From a candidate division WOR-3 bacterium (GTDB taxonomy: Bacteria > Hydrothermota > Tepidihabitantia > Tepidihabitantales > Tepidihabitantaceae), in contig CBFGIY010000060.1 in assembly GCA_965648935.1 (NCBI GenBank), forward strand, positions 1 through 14,746: a DNA stretch of 14,746 nt. Reading direction: 5' to 3'. A program made the position numbers and the translations under genes. Each line of letters opens with the position of its first letter. Position 1 is the first letter of the stretch. This document shows positions 1 to 7,337 of the stretch, one piece after another. The notes under the pieces are model-generated. The model saw only the letters and a program-made list of their open reading frames with translations. It did no database searches and had not been told where the DNA came from.

Positions 1-25
1 GACTTAGATGTCCGTAGTAGGGCAC
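1..25 (-). CDS. 5' end of a divergent gene running off the left edge (MPYYGHLS...), product unknown
   Basis: Minus strand reads AAAGGAGG (40..33), 7-nt spacer, GTG (25..23) CCC TAC TAC GGA CAT CTA AGT, open to the edge. Only 8 codons are visible. Confidence 0.6.
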
Positions 26-139
26 GGGCGGTCCTCCTTTAGGTATGCCATTACCAACAGGATACAGGACTCGCCCGGCCCTTCTCTCTCTCGCCAAATC
101 TACACACACATCAGGATACTACCCTGCGGTCGGCTGACC

Positions 140-168
140 TTGACGAATCTGCCGCGACAGGGTATACT
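140..168 (+). promoter_or_regulatory. sigma70-type promoter
   Basis: TTGACG (140-145), 17 nt, TATACT (163-168); predicted start near 175. Confidence 0.8.
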
Positions 169-184
169 TATCCGACTGGTGAGT

Positions 185-225
185 CGCCGGGTAGTGACGT
201 ACCGTCGCCCGGCGGTTCTTTTTTT
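185..225 (+). terminator. Intrinsic terminator in the leader of the 346..1971 gene, or 3' end of a ~50-nt sRNA
   Basis: Stem CGCCGG(185-190)/CCGGCG(209-214) extended by GTGACG(194-199)/CGTCGC(203-208), followed by GTTCTTTTTTT (215-225). Confidence 0.75.
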
Positions 226-345
226 GCCAACTGAGTATTCGTGACCGAGGGGTTCCGATGCGGCCGAGCCGGCCGCCGGGGTGGACTGGAGCCTCTCTGC
301 GGCCGGCGCGCCGAACCGGCGCTCCGGAACGAAGAGGAGGTGACT

Positions 346-1971
346 GTGTTGCGTGGCGCTATCATGATCTGCCTGACAGGCTCGACGCTGGCACATGCCG
401 CGATCGATTTCGGCGCCGGGCCCGTTGTCGCCCCGCGAGGCGAGCTTGGTTCCAACCGTCAAGTGATCCCCGCAGTCTGGGTCTGCAATCGCGGCGATTC
501 CGCGGCTGCCCCGCGCGCTATATCCGTCATCACGGACGGCACCGGCACGCCGGTCTACAGCGAGAGCCTGGAGATCAGAGCCGTTGGCCCGGGCGACTCG
601 GCTCTTGCCGAGTTCCCGGCCTGGCCCCTGCCGCACGCTCCCGGTCATTATGACGCCAGCTTCCTTGTCGTCGCGGCTGGCGATACCTGCTCCGGCAACG
701 ACCATGCCGCAGAAGAATTCGTCATCCTGCAGTCGCCGGCGCCGGGCTGGAGCGAGATGCCGCCGATTCCGCTCGAGCCATCGGGCCGGCCGCTGAAAGA
801 CGGTGCATGGTTGGCCTGGGATGATGCGACCGCGCGCATCTACATCCTGAAGGGCAACAAGAGCGGCGACTTCTACAGCATCGATCCGGCCGGCGGCGGT
901 TGGCGCGCGCTTGCCTCGATGCCCGCCGGCGTTGAGAACAAAAAACCTTACCAGGGGGCAACCGGCATAGCGGACAACCACGGTACGCTCTACTCGACCA
1001 AGGGGAACAATACCCGCTGTTTCTACCGGTACTCCGCCGAAACGGACGAGTGGACCAGGCTCGCCGACGTGCCCGAAGGCGCGCTGAACCTCAAGCTCAA
1101 GGGCGGCAACGACCTGGCATATGTGCCGGGCGATTCCGACCGTATCTACCTGCTCACGGGCTACAAGCCGCGGTTTCTTTCCTACAACGTTCCGGCCGAC
1201 CGCTGGGACGAACTGCCCGGAGCGCCTTCGGCGTCGCTGGCCAAATGGGACAAAGGGTCGTGGCTCGTCTGGGACGGCGGTGACATGATATACGCCCACA
1301 AGGCGAAGCAGCACGAGCTGTATGCGTGGTCGATATCGGCCGGCAGGTGGAGCTCGTTGCTGCCGGGCCTGCCGTTCTACAGCGGCATGACCGGACGGCA
1401 GAAGAAGGCCAAGGACGGCTCAGACGCAGCGTTCGTGGAAGGCTCTCTCTACGCGCTCAAGGGAGGTAACACCGAGGAATTCTGGCGGCGCGACCCTGCG
1501 ACCGGGAACTGGACCGAGTGTGAGCCGCTGCCGGTCGCCAGTGTCACCGGCCGGGCACGACGTGCCTATGCCGGGGCCGGGCTTGTCGGCGGGCCGGATG
1601 TAGCCTTCGCCATCAAGGGGAACAAGACGGTCGAGCTCTGGCGCTATGTGCCGATGGCACTGGACGCGGGACGCGATGCGCAGCACGCACAGACAGCAGA
1701 GCGGGGTTCCGGGAGCGGGCCATCGGGCGTGATGCTCGCGTCGCAAGACCTGGCAGTCGGTCGCGCGATGAAATGTCTGTTGAGCCCGCATAATGCTCAG
1801 TCCTCGCGACTCGCTGTCTATGACGCCTCGGGCCGTCTCGTCTTGACGCGAGACTTCGGATCATCGAACCCGGTGACCACTGTCCTTCCCGGTCTTTCTC
1901 CGGGTGTCTATATCATTCGGCACGATGGCGCCCAGGCTTCGCCGGTGCACAAACTGGTCATCGGGAACTGA
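346..1971 (+). CDS. Secreted protein (~541 aa): signal peptide, CARDB/Ig-like domain, six-bladed Kelch-like KGN propeller, T9SS type A-like C-terminal sorting domain
   Basis: SD AGGAGG (335-340) then GTG at 346 (TTG 349 is an alternative; the track start at 241 has no SD). Signal peptide MLRGAIMICLTGSTLAHA; Ig-like motif PAVWVCNRG...GDTCSGND; six ~50-aa blades with KGNKS/KGNNT/KAK/KGGNT/KGNKT; tail LAVYDASGRLV...LSPGVYIIR...KLVIGN. Confidence 0.85.
   Translation: MLRGAIMICLTGSTLAHAAIDFGAGPVVAPRGELGSNRQVIPAVWVCNRGDSAAAPRAISVITDGTGTPVYSESLEIRAVGPGDSALAEFPAWPLPHAPGHYDASFLVVAAGDTCSGNDHAAEEFVILQSPAPGWSEMPPIPLEPSGRPLKDGAWLAWDDATARIYILKGNKSGDFYSIDPAGGGWRALASMPAGVENKKPYQGATGIADNHGTLYSTKGNNTRCFYRYSAETDEWTRLADVPEGALNLKLKGGNDLAYVPGDSDRIYLLTGYKPRFLSYNVPADRWDELPGAPSASLAKWDKGSWLVWDGGDMIYAHKAKQHELYAWSISAGRWSSLLPGLPFYSGMTGRQKKAKDGSDAAFVEGSLYALKGGNTEEFWRRDPATGNWTECEPLPVASVTGRARRAYAGAGLVGGPDVAFAIKGNKTVELWRYVPMALDAGRDAQHAQTAERGSGSGPSGVMLASQDLAVGRAMKCLLSPHNAQSSRLAVYDASGRLVLTRDFGSSNPVTTVLPGLSPGVYIIRHDGAQASPVHKLVIGN
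745..1647 (+). repeat. Shared KGN beta-propeller module, copy 1
   Basis: GWSEMPPIPLEPSGRPLKDGAWLA...IKGNKTVELWRY, collinear with 9711..10622 and 14493..14746. Confidence 0.9.
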
Positions 1972-1988
1972 TTCGCGGACCACTCACA

Positions 1989-2020
1989 GGCAGGGGCGCG
2001 GCCCGTGGCGCGCCCCTGCC
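1989..2020 (+). terminator. GC-rich hairpin after the gene (no U-tract)
   Basis: 12-bp inverted repeat GGCAGGGGCGCG (1989-2000)/CGCGCCCCTGCC (2009-2020). Confidence 0.6.
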
Positions 2021-2034
2021 GCTCAGTTGCGGGT

Positions 2035-2063
2035 TTGACCCGCTGTTGCCCCAGCCTTAGGAT
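2035..2063 (+). promoter_or_regulatory. sigma70-type promoter, probably giving a near-leaderless mRNA
   Basis: TTGACC (2035-2040), 17 nt, TAGGAT (2058-2063); in-frame GTG at 2072 with no SD. Confidence 0.65.
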
Positions 2064-2071
2064 TGAGCGCT

Positions 2072-4207
2072 GTGGTAGCAGAGAGCCGGCCGCGCGCCGA
2101 GCCGTTTCTAGCCGTGATCGGCCTTGCCGGGATTGCGGCGCAGACCGCGCTGGTGCGCGAACTGATGAGCGCACTGGCCGGTGACGAGCTGGCCGCGGCG
2201 CTGGTTCTCGGGGTCTGGCTGTGCGGTGGAGCGCTCGGCGCTCTGCTTGCCCCGCGCGCCGGGCCAAACCGCTCTGGCCTGGCCGTGTCTTTGCTTGGGG
2301 CGGCTGCCATCGCCAGCGGTCTGCTTGCTTTGCCCGCGACCGCGCTGCTGCGTCCGCTCTTCGGGCTTCTTGCCGGCGAGACCGTACCCCTGTACCTGCT
2401 CCTGCCCGGCATCACGGCCATCGCGCTTGTCCCGGGCGCGGCGCACTCAGCGCTCTTTGTCACGGCCTGCGATCTGTTTTCCGGCCGTGATGCGCCGGGG
2501 TACGCCTACCTCTGGCGCGGTCTGGGTACCGGTGTCGGCGGGTTACTGGTGTATCTTGTTCTCGTCGGCCGCGTGCCCGGTCCGGCGATCGTCGCGGCCT
2601 GCGGCCTGCCGTTGACAGCACTGCTTGCTTTCGCCGGCAACCGGCCTGGCCGCATCATGGCGGCCGCGCTCGGGCTGGGGCTGAGCGCGGTAGTCGCTCT
2701 CGGTCCCCGCATCGAGCGGCTCATCCAGTCGGCCCACTGGCCGGGGCAGGCAGTGATTGCCGTGCGCGACTCTCCCTATGGCCGTGCTGTCGTGCTCGAA
2801 CGCGCCGGGACCAGGGCCGTGCTGGTCGATGGCGCGACTGCCGCAGTCTTCCCTTCAATCACGGTCGAGCGCGACGAACTGCTTGCCCACATCGGCCTGC
2901 TTGCCCATCCGGCTCCGGAGCGCGTGTTCATCGCCGGGGCCCTGCCCGACGGCCTTGCCGTCGAAGCGCTCCGCCATCCGGTTGCGGCGGTGACCTGTGT
3001 CACGCTTGACCCCGTTCCGGTCACGCTCGCAGGCGGGCCGGGCACGGACGACCCGCGCCTGCATCTTGCCATCGCCGATCCGGTCGCGTTCCTGTGTCGC
3101 GACACGACCCTCTACGACTGCATCATCCTGCCGGCGGGTTCGCCCAACAGCCTTGGCGCGAACCGGCTCGCAACAGTCGAGTTCTATCAGCTATGTCGAA
3201 CCCGGCTGTCATCACAAGGTGTGTTCGTCGCGCGTGGGCCAGGTCAGACCGCAGCCGGCCGATTCGCACGGCTTGAACTCGCCGTCCGCCTCGCCTCGCT
3301 CGAGAAGGTCTTCGGGCCGGTTCAGGTCGTTGGCACTGACCCGGCCGTTCTTGTCGCTAGTCGCGGATCCGTCACGCCCGCGCTTTCGGCTGATACGGCC
3401 CGCAAGCGACTGGCCGAGCGTGGGATTGAAACCTTCACCGTCGCGGCACAGCTTGGCCGGCTCGATGAATCGCCTCCCGAACCGGGCAGTCCCGGCCTGC
3501 CGGTCAACTCTATCGCCCGGCCCACCGAACGATTCCTGGCGATGCTTGATGGGCTTGATCGGAGTCTGCCGGCATTGGCCCGGGCCTGGCTCGGGCTTGG
3601 CCGCCGGGGTCCAGCGGCGGCACTTGCCGGCATCGCTGCGCTCTTCTTGCTGGCGCTGCTGGTCGTCAGGCAGGGTCGCCGTGCCTCGCGCTATGCCGCG
3701 TTGCTCACCTCGGGACTGGCCGGCTCGGGCGTGTCTTTGCTCAACCTGTTCGCGCTGCAAGTCGTGACCGGGGCCGCCTATTCAGGCGTGGTCATGCTTT
3801 TCGCCTCGTTCACATTCGGCAACGCGGCCGGGGCGTGGTGGGCCGGTCGTGCAGCCGGGCGTCAGAGGCAGGCGCTTTTCGTCGCGGCCGACGTCATCTT
3901 GGCGCTCGCCGCCCTGGCGGCGGGAGCGGCCGCTTTCGGCGCGCCGCCGGCGGTCTTTCCGACAATCGCCGTTGTGACTGGTGTTTGTCTTGGTCTGCAG
4001 TTCGCGCTCGCCGGGCAGGACCGGTCCGACTTCGCCGCATCGCGGCGCGCCGGCCCACTCGCCGCGCTGGACCTCGCCGGCGGCGTAGCCGGCGCGCTCG
4101 TCATCCCTGTGGTTGTGATCCCGACGTTCGGACTGGTCAGCGCTGCGCTAGCGCTTGCCGGGGCGAAGTTCGCCACGACCGCCGCGCTCGTGCTCGCGCG
4201 CGATTGA
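2072..4207 (+). CDS. Membrane-fused spermidine synthase-like protein (fused MFS/spermidine synthase architecture) with degenerate catalytic motifs
   Basis: N- and C-terminal hydrophobic helix bundles flank a domain with DSPYG, LLAHPAPERVFIAG, YDCII and NRLATVEFYQLCRTRLSSQGVF, matching the SpeE fold pattern. Start placed at GTG 2072 because TTG 2063 overlaps the -10 box. Confidence 0.75.
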   Translation: MVAESRPRAEPFLAVIGLAGIAAQTALVRELMSALAGDELAAALVLGVWLCGGALGALLAPRAGPNRSGLAVSLLGAAAIASGLLALPATALLRPLFGLLAGETVPLYLLLPGITAIALVPGAAHSALFVTACDLFSGRDAPGYAYLWRGLGTGVGGLLVYLVLVGRVPGPAIVAACGLPLTALLAFAGNRPGRIMAAALGLGLSAVVALGPRIERLIQSAHWPGQAVIAVRDSPYGRAVVLERAGTRAVLVDGATAAVFPSITVERDELLAHIGLLAHPAPERVFIAGALPDGLAVEALRHPVAAVTCVTLDPVPVTLAGGPGTDDPRLHLAIADPVAFLCRDTTLYDCIILPAGSPNSLGANRLATVEFYQLCRTRLSSQGVFVARGPGQTAAGRFARLELAVRLASLEKVFGPVQVVGTDPAVLVASRGSVTPALSADTARKRLAERGIETFTVAAQLGRLDESPPEPGSPGLPVNSIARPTERFLAMLDGLDRSLPALARAWLGLGRRGPAAALAGIAALFLLALLVVRQGRRASRYAALLTSGLAGSGVSLLNLFALQVVTGAAYSGVVMLFASFTFGNAAGAWWAGRAAGRQRQALFVAADVILALAALAAGAAAFGAPPAVFPTIAVVTGVCLGLQFALAGQDRSDFAASRRAGPLAALDLAGGVAGALVIPVVVIPTFGLVSAALALAGAKFATTAALVLARD

Positions 4208-4232
4208 CAGTCTTGAGCTCGACTCATACAAT
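4204..4232 (+). promoter_or_regulatory. sigma70-type promoter overlapping the upstream stop codon; leaderless mRNA
   Basis: TTGACA (4204-4209, contains stop TGA 4205-4207), 17 nt, TACAAT (4227-4232); GTG start at 4238 after a 5-nt gap. Confidence 0.85.
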
Positions 4233-4237
4233 GGCCC

Positions 4238-5548
4238 GTGCCAAGCAAACTCTGCGCTCTTCTGCTGTGCGTCTGCGCGGTCGCGGCAGCCCAAGATGCC
4301 GCCGGATACTCCTCGCCGGCGTTTTCCGGTTCGGCCGCAGCCACCGCCGCGGCAGCCATCGGCCTCAGCGCAACTCCGCTGTCGCCGCTGGTCGGTGTCG
4401 AGAGCCCGATTATTTCGGAAACCTACGTGCTGATGCCCGGCGACAAGCTGCTGGTGACCATCACAGGCAGCGTGACTTATTCCTATCACACCTGGATAAC
4501 CTACGAGGGCAAGGTCACGGTCAATATCCCTCAGGTCGACGTGGTCGATGTCATCACGGTCAGCGGACTGACGATGCAGGCGGCGCAGGATACCTTGGCG
4601 CGCGTCATGCGCCGCTATTTCAAACAGGTCAACATCAAACTGACACTGACCGGCCTGCGTTCGGGCATCGTCTTTCTCACCGGCGAGGTTGAGAACCCGG
4701 GCGCCTACAACGCCTCGCCGGTCGAACGCGTGTCGCAGATAATTGCCCGCGCCGGCGGGCTATCACCGCTCGGGTCCAAGTCGCGCATCCAGCTCATCCG
4801 CGTCGGGCGGCTGCAATCAGTCGTCAATATCGAGCGCTTCGAGAGCAACGGCGACCTTCTGGCCAATCCTTTCGTCGAGTCAGGCGACGTCATCTATGTT
4901 CCGCCGGTTGAGGCGCTGGTCACGGTAAAAGGCGCGGTTTTCGGCCGGGGCGAGTACCGCCTGCGCACGTCGGCCCTGACCACCGAGAAGGAACGGATGA
5001 GCGAGGGTATCTACGAGCTGCTGCCGGGCGAGAACGTGTTCAACATCATATCGCGCGCCGGCGGCATCACGCCCTGGGCTGATCTCTCGGGTACCTACGT
5101 GGAGCGGCTGGTGGTCGGGGGCAACGGCCTGCGCAAGAAGATACCGGTCGACCTGCGCAAAGTCATATACGAGCAGGACTCGCTCAACAACATCGCGATG
5201 ATGAACTCAGACGTGCTGGTCGTGCCTGCGTTCCCGACGAAGGTCTACGTCGAGGGCGAGGTGACCCAGCCGACGTCTTACGACTACCTGCCCAACTTGC
5301 GCGCGTCCGAGTACATCGGTATGGCCGGCGGCCCGACCTACAACGGCAACGTGCGGGCCGGCCACATCCTGCGGCAGGGACGGCGCATAACGCTGCGCAG
5401 TGACCCGATCGTCGAGCCGGGCGACATCGTGTACGTGCCGCGGGTGGGTCTGAAGTGGTGGCAGGACTACGTGCAGATACTGTCGTCGGTGGCGATACCG
5501 GTCGCGACGATACTCGTGACGCTGGCGATATCGTCCACCAGCAACTGA
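4238..5548 (+). CDS. Polysaccharide biosynthesis/export protein with SLBB domains (Wza/OPX-like)
   Basis: Signal peptide; Poly_export motif YVLMPGDKLLVTITG...VSGLT; SLBB repeats VFLTGEVENPG...RAGG...GDVIYVP, VTVKGAV...RAGG...DVLVVP, VYVEGEVTQP...MAGG...PGDIVYVP; C-terminal hydrophobic helix WWQDYVQILSSVAIPVATILVTLAI. Confidence 0.85.
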   Translation: MPSKLCALLLCVCAVAAAQDAAGYSSPAFSGSAAATAAAAIGLSATPLSPLVGVESPIISETYVLMPGDKLLVTITGSVTYSYHTWITYEGKVTVNIPQVDVVDVITVSGLTMQAAQDTLARVMRRYFKQVNIKLTLTGLRSGIVFLTGEVENPGAYNASPVERVSQIIARAGGLSPLGSKSRIQLIRVGRLQSVVNIERFESNGDLLANPFVESGDVIYVPPVEALVTVKGAVFGRGEYRLRTSALTTEKERMSEGIYELLPGENVFNIISRAGGITPWADLSGTYVERLVVGGNGLRKKIPVDLRKVIYEQDSLNNIAMMNSDVLVVPAFPTKVYVEGEVTQPTSYDYLPNLRASEYIGMAGGPTYNGNVRAGHILRQGRRITLRSDPIVEPGDIVYVPRVGLKWWQDYVQILSSVAIPVATILVTLAISSTSN

Positions 5549-5558
5549 CGCCGCGCCG

Positions 5559-5990
5559 CTAGGCGCGGTCGAGCTTGGCGATGCGGTCGCGGTGCCGGCC
5601 GCCGTCGAAACCGGTTTCCAGCCAGACTTTCAGAATCCGCCGCGCCGCGGCTTCACTCAGAGTTCCCGAACCCAGGCACAGCACGTTGGCGTTGTTGTGC
5701 GCGCGCGACAGCCGGGCGAGGCGCGTGTCGCTGACCAGCGCGGCGCGCACGCCCCGATGCCGGTTCGCGGCGATTGACATACCGATGCCGGATGCGCAGA
5801 TCAGCACGCCGCGCGCGGCCCGGCGCCCGGCCACGGCTCGGGCAACCGCGTGCGCGAAGTCCGGGTAGTCGACACTCTCATCGCTGCCGGTCCCGAAGTC
5901 ACGCACCCGGTGCCCGAGTCGGACCAGATAACCCTTCAATGCCTGCTTCAGCGCATAGCCGCGGTGGTCGGCGCCGAGCGCTATGGTCAT
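5559..5990 (-). CDS. rpiB: Ribose 5-phosphate isomerase B
   Basis: Motifs IALGADHRG, SVDYPD, ICASGIGMSIAANR, SRAHNNANVLCLG, FDGGRH; 143 aa. Confidence 0.96.
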   Translation of the reverse strand: MTIALGADHRGYALKQALKGYLVRLGHRVRDFGTGSDESVDYPDFAHAVARAVAGRRAARGVLICASGIGMSIAANRHRGVRAALVSDTRLARLSRAHNNANVLCLGSGTLSEAAARRILKVWLETGFDGGRHRDRIAKLDRA

Positions 5991-5996
5991 CTTCGC

Positions 5997-6926
5997 CTAG
6001 CGGACAAAGGTCAGCCAGCCGTAGCGGTCCTCGGCCTTGCCGTCGATGACCGCGAAGAACGCGTCCTGCAGGGCCTTGGTGACCGGGCCGCACTTGCCCG
6101 AACCGATGGTGATCTTGTCGACGGAGCGGATTGGGGTCACCTCGGCCGCGCTGCCGGTGAAGAACACCTCGTCGGCGATGTAGAGGAACTCGCGCAGCAT
6201 CATTGTTTCGACTACTTTGTAGCCGAGGTCGCGCGCCAGCGTGATGACCGTGTGCCGCGTGATGCCGGGCAGGATAGTGGCGTGCAGCGGCGGCGTGTGG
6301 ATGACGCCGTCCTTGACGATGAAGAGGTTCTCGCCCGAGCCTTCGGACAGGAAACCGTTGACGTCGAGCGCGATGCCCTCGACGAAGCCGTACTTGATGG
6401 CCTCCATCTTGATGAGCTGGGAGTTGGCGTAGTTGGCGCAGGTCTTCGACATCGCCGGGAAGGTGTTCGGCGCCATCCGGTTCCATGACGATACCATCAC
6501 ATCGACGCCCTGCTCCAGCGCCTCGGGGCCGAGGTACTTGCCCCAGTACCAGGTGATGAGCGCGATGTCGACCGGGCAGGTGAACGGGTTCACGCCCAGC
6601 TCGTTGTAGCCGCGGTAGACGATCGGCCGGATGTAGCATTCCTCGTGGTTGTTCTTGCGGATGAGCTCGACTGCGGCCGCGTTGACCTCGTCCTGCGTGA
6701 AAGGTATGTCCATCCGATAGATCTTCGCCGAGTTGAACAGCCGGGCAGTGTGCTCTTTCAGCCGGAAGACGGCCGGCCCTTTCGGTGTCTTGTAGCAGCG
6801 GATGCCTTCGAACACGCCTGACCCGTAGTGAATGACGTGCGAGCAGATGTGGATCTTCGCATCGTCCCAGGGCACATGCCGGCCGTTCATCCAGACGAAC
6901 TGCGACTTCTTTTCCTCAAGGCCCAT
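5997..6926 (-). CDS. ilvE: Branched-chain amino acid aminotransferase (PLP fold IV), 309 aa
   Basis: Motifs [30 protein letters not shown] (PLP lysine), [41 protein letters not shown] (6937..6931) then ATG at 6926, rather than the track start at 6986. Confidence 0.96.
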   Translation of the reverse strand: MGLEEKKSQFVWMNGRHVPWDDAKIHICSHVIHYGSGVFEGIRCYKTPKGPAVFRLKEHTARLFNSAKIYRMDIPFTQDEVNAAAVELIRKNNHEECYIRPIVYRGYNELGVNPFTCPVDIALITWYWGKYLGPEALEQGVDVMVSSWNRMAPNTFPAMSKTCANYANSQLIKMEAIKYGFVEGIALDVNGFLSEGSGENLFIVKDGVIHTPPLHATILPGITRHTVITLARDLGYKVVETMMLREFLYIADEVFFTGSAAEVTPIRSVDKITIGSGKCGPVTKALQDAFFAVIDGKAEDRYGWLTFVR

Positions 6927-6938
6927 CTTTCCTCCTCT

Positions 6939-6967
6939 ACAAGCAAGACCGGGGCGCAACGCCCCGG
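6939..6967 (-). terminator. Hairpin with weak U-rich tail between tRNA-Met and ilvE
   Basis: Minus strand CCGGGGCG-TTG-CGCCCCGG followed by TCTTGCTTGT, directly before the ilvE SD. Confidence 0.55.
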
Positions 6968-7022
6968 CGTTGAGAGCGACCTGCAATGATAAGCTTCAGC
7001 CTGCTCACTTTCGGCCTTTCGA

Positions 7023-7095
7023 TGCCGGCGGAGGGAATCGAACCCCCGACACACGGATTATGATTCCGTTGCTCTGCCAACTGAGCTACGCCGGC
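7023..7095 (-). tRNA. tRNA with CAT anticodon, most likely elongator tRNA-Met; CCA not encoded
   Basis: GCCGGCG-TA-GCTC AGTTGGCA GAGC-A-ACGGA ATCATAA TCCGT-GTGTC-GGGGG TTCGATT CCCTC-CGCCGGC-A. Paired G1-C72 and no GGG/CCC anticodon stem exclude initiator tRNA; Ile2(CAU) is not formally excluded. Confidence 0.95.
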
Positions 7096-7170
7096 GGCGG
7101 TGCAGAAACCGAGCCGGCCGCGTCGTGCGGACATCTGTTGTCACGCGTTGCCTGATGGTTTCCGCGCGCC

Positions 7171-7198
7171 ATTCTAGCCGTGGCCGCTGTCCTGTCAA
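7171..7198 (-). promoter_or_regulatory. sigma70 stable-RNA-type promoter for tRNA-Met (possibly tRNA-ilvE-rpiB)
   Basis: Minus strand TTGACA (7198..7193), 16 nt, TAGAAT (7176..7171), then GC-rich discriminator GGCGCGCGG. Confidence 0.85.
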
Positions 7199-7218
7199 CC
7201 GCTCGCCCGGTCGCGGCC

Positions 7219-7247
7219 TTGACGCCCTGCGGCCGCAGTAATATACT
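7219..7247 (+). promoter_or_regulatory. sigma70-type promoter, back-to-back with the tRNA promoter
   Basis: TTGACG (7219-7224), 17 nt, TATACT (7242-7247); same hexamers as 140..168. Confidence 0.8.
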
Positions 7248-7337
7248 TACCTGGCAGTCGGTTGCGCTGTCGGGTCGCAGCCGGCTCGCGCTGTTGTTGC
7301 CCGCCCCGCCGTCGACTGCAGCAAAGAGGAGGTAGCC

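Noticed and set aside
120..136. Minus-strand AGCCGACCGCAGGG, reminiscent of the 3' end of ZTP riboswitches
   Set aside because: The upstream GACUGGCG pseudoknot partner and P1 stem are not present in the right place.
225..235. 11-bp match TGCCAACTGAG to tRNA-Met (7075-7085) as a possible att site
   Set aside because: It matches the D-arm rather than the 3' end, is short enough to arise by chance, and no integrase is present.
8..244. 78-aa plus-strand ORF
   Set aside because: No SD; it runs across a promoter and a terminator and overlaps the better-supported minus-strand start at 25.
241..345. N-terminal extension from the ORF-track start at 241
   Set aside because: The SD and signal peptide point to 346/349; the extension coincides with the structured leader.
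100..1314. 404-aa minus-strand ORF and other long antisense or alternate-frame ORFs (11037..12410, 12444..13187, 13485..14303, 8793..9554, 3835..4692)
   Set aside because: Shadows of well-supported genes in GC-rich DNA; Arg/Pro/Val-rich with no recognisable motifs.
6927..6986. ilvE N-terminal extension from 6986
   Set aside because: A strong SD precedes ATG 6926, and the extension spans a hairpin.
7096..7165. tRNA leader with a GGAAACC/GGTTTCT stem as a possible second, degenerate tRNA
   Set aside because: No T-loop (TTCRA) or D-arm pattern, and too short for a cloverleaf.
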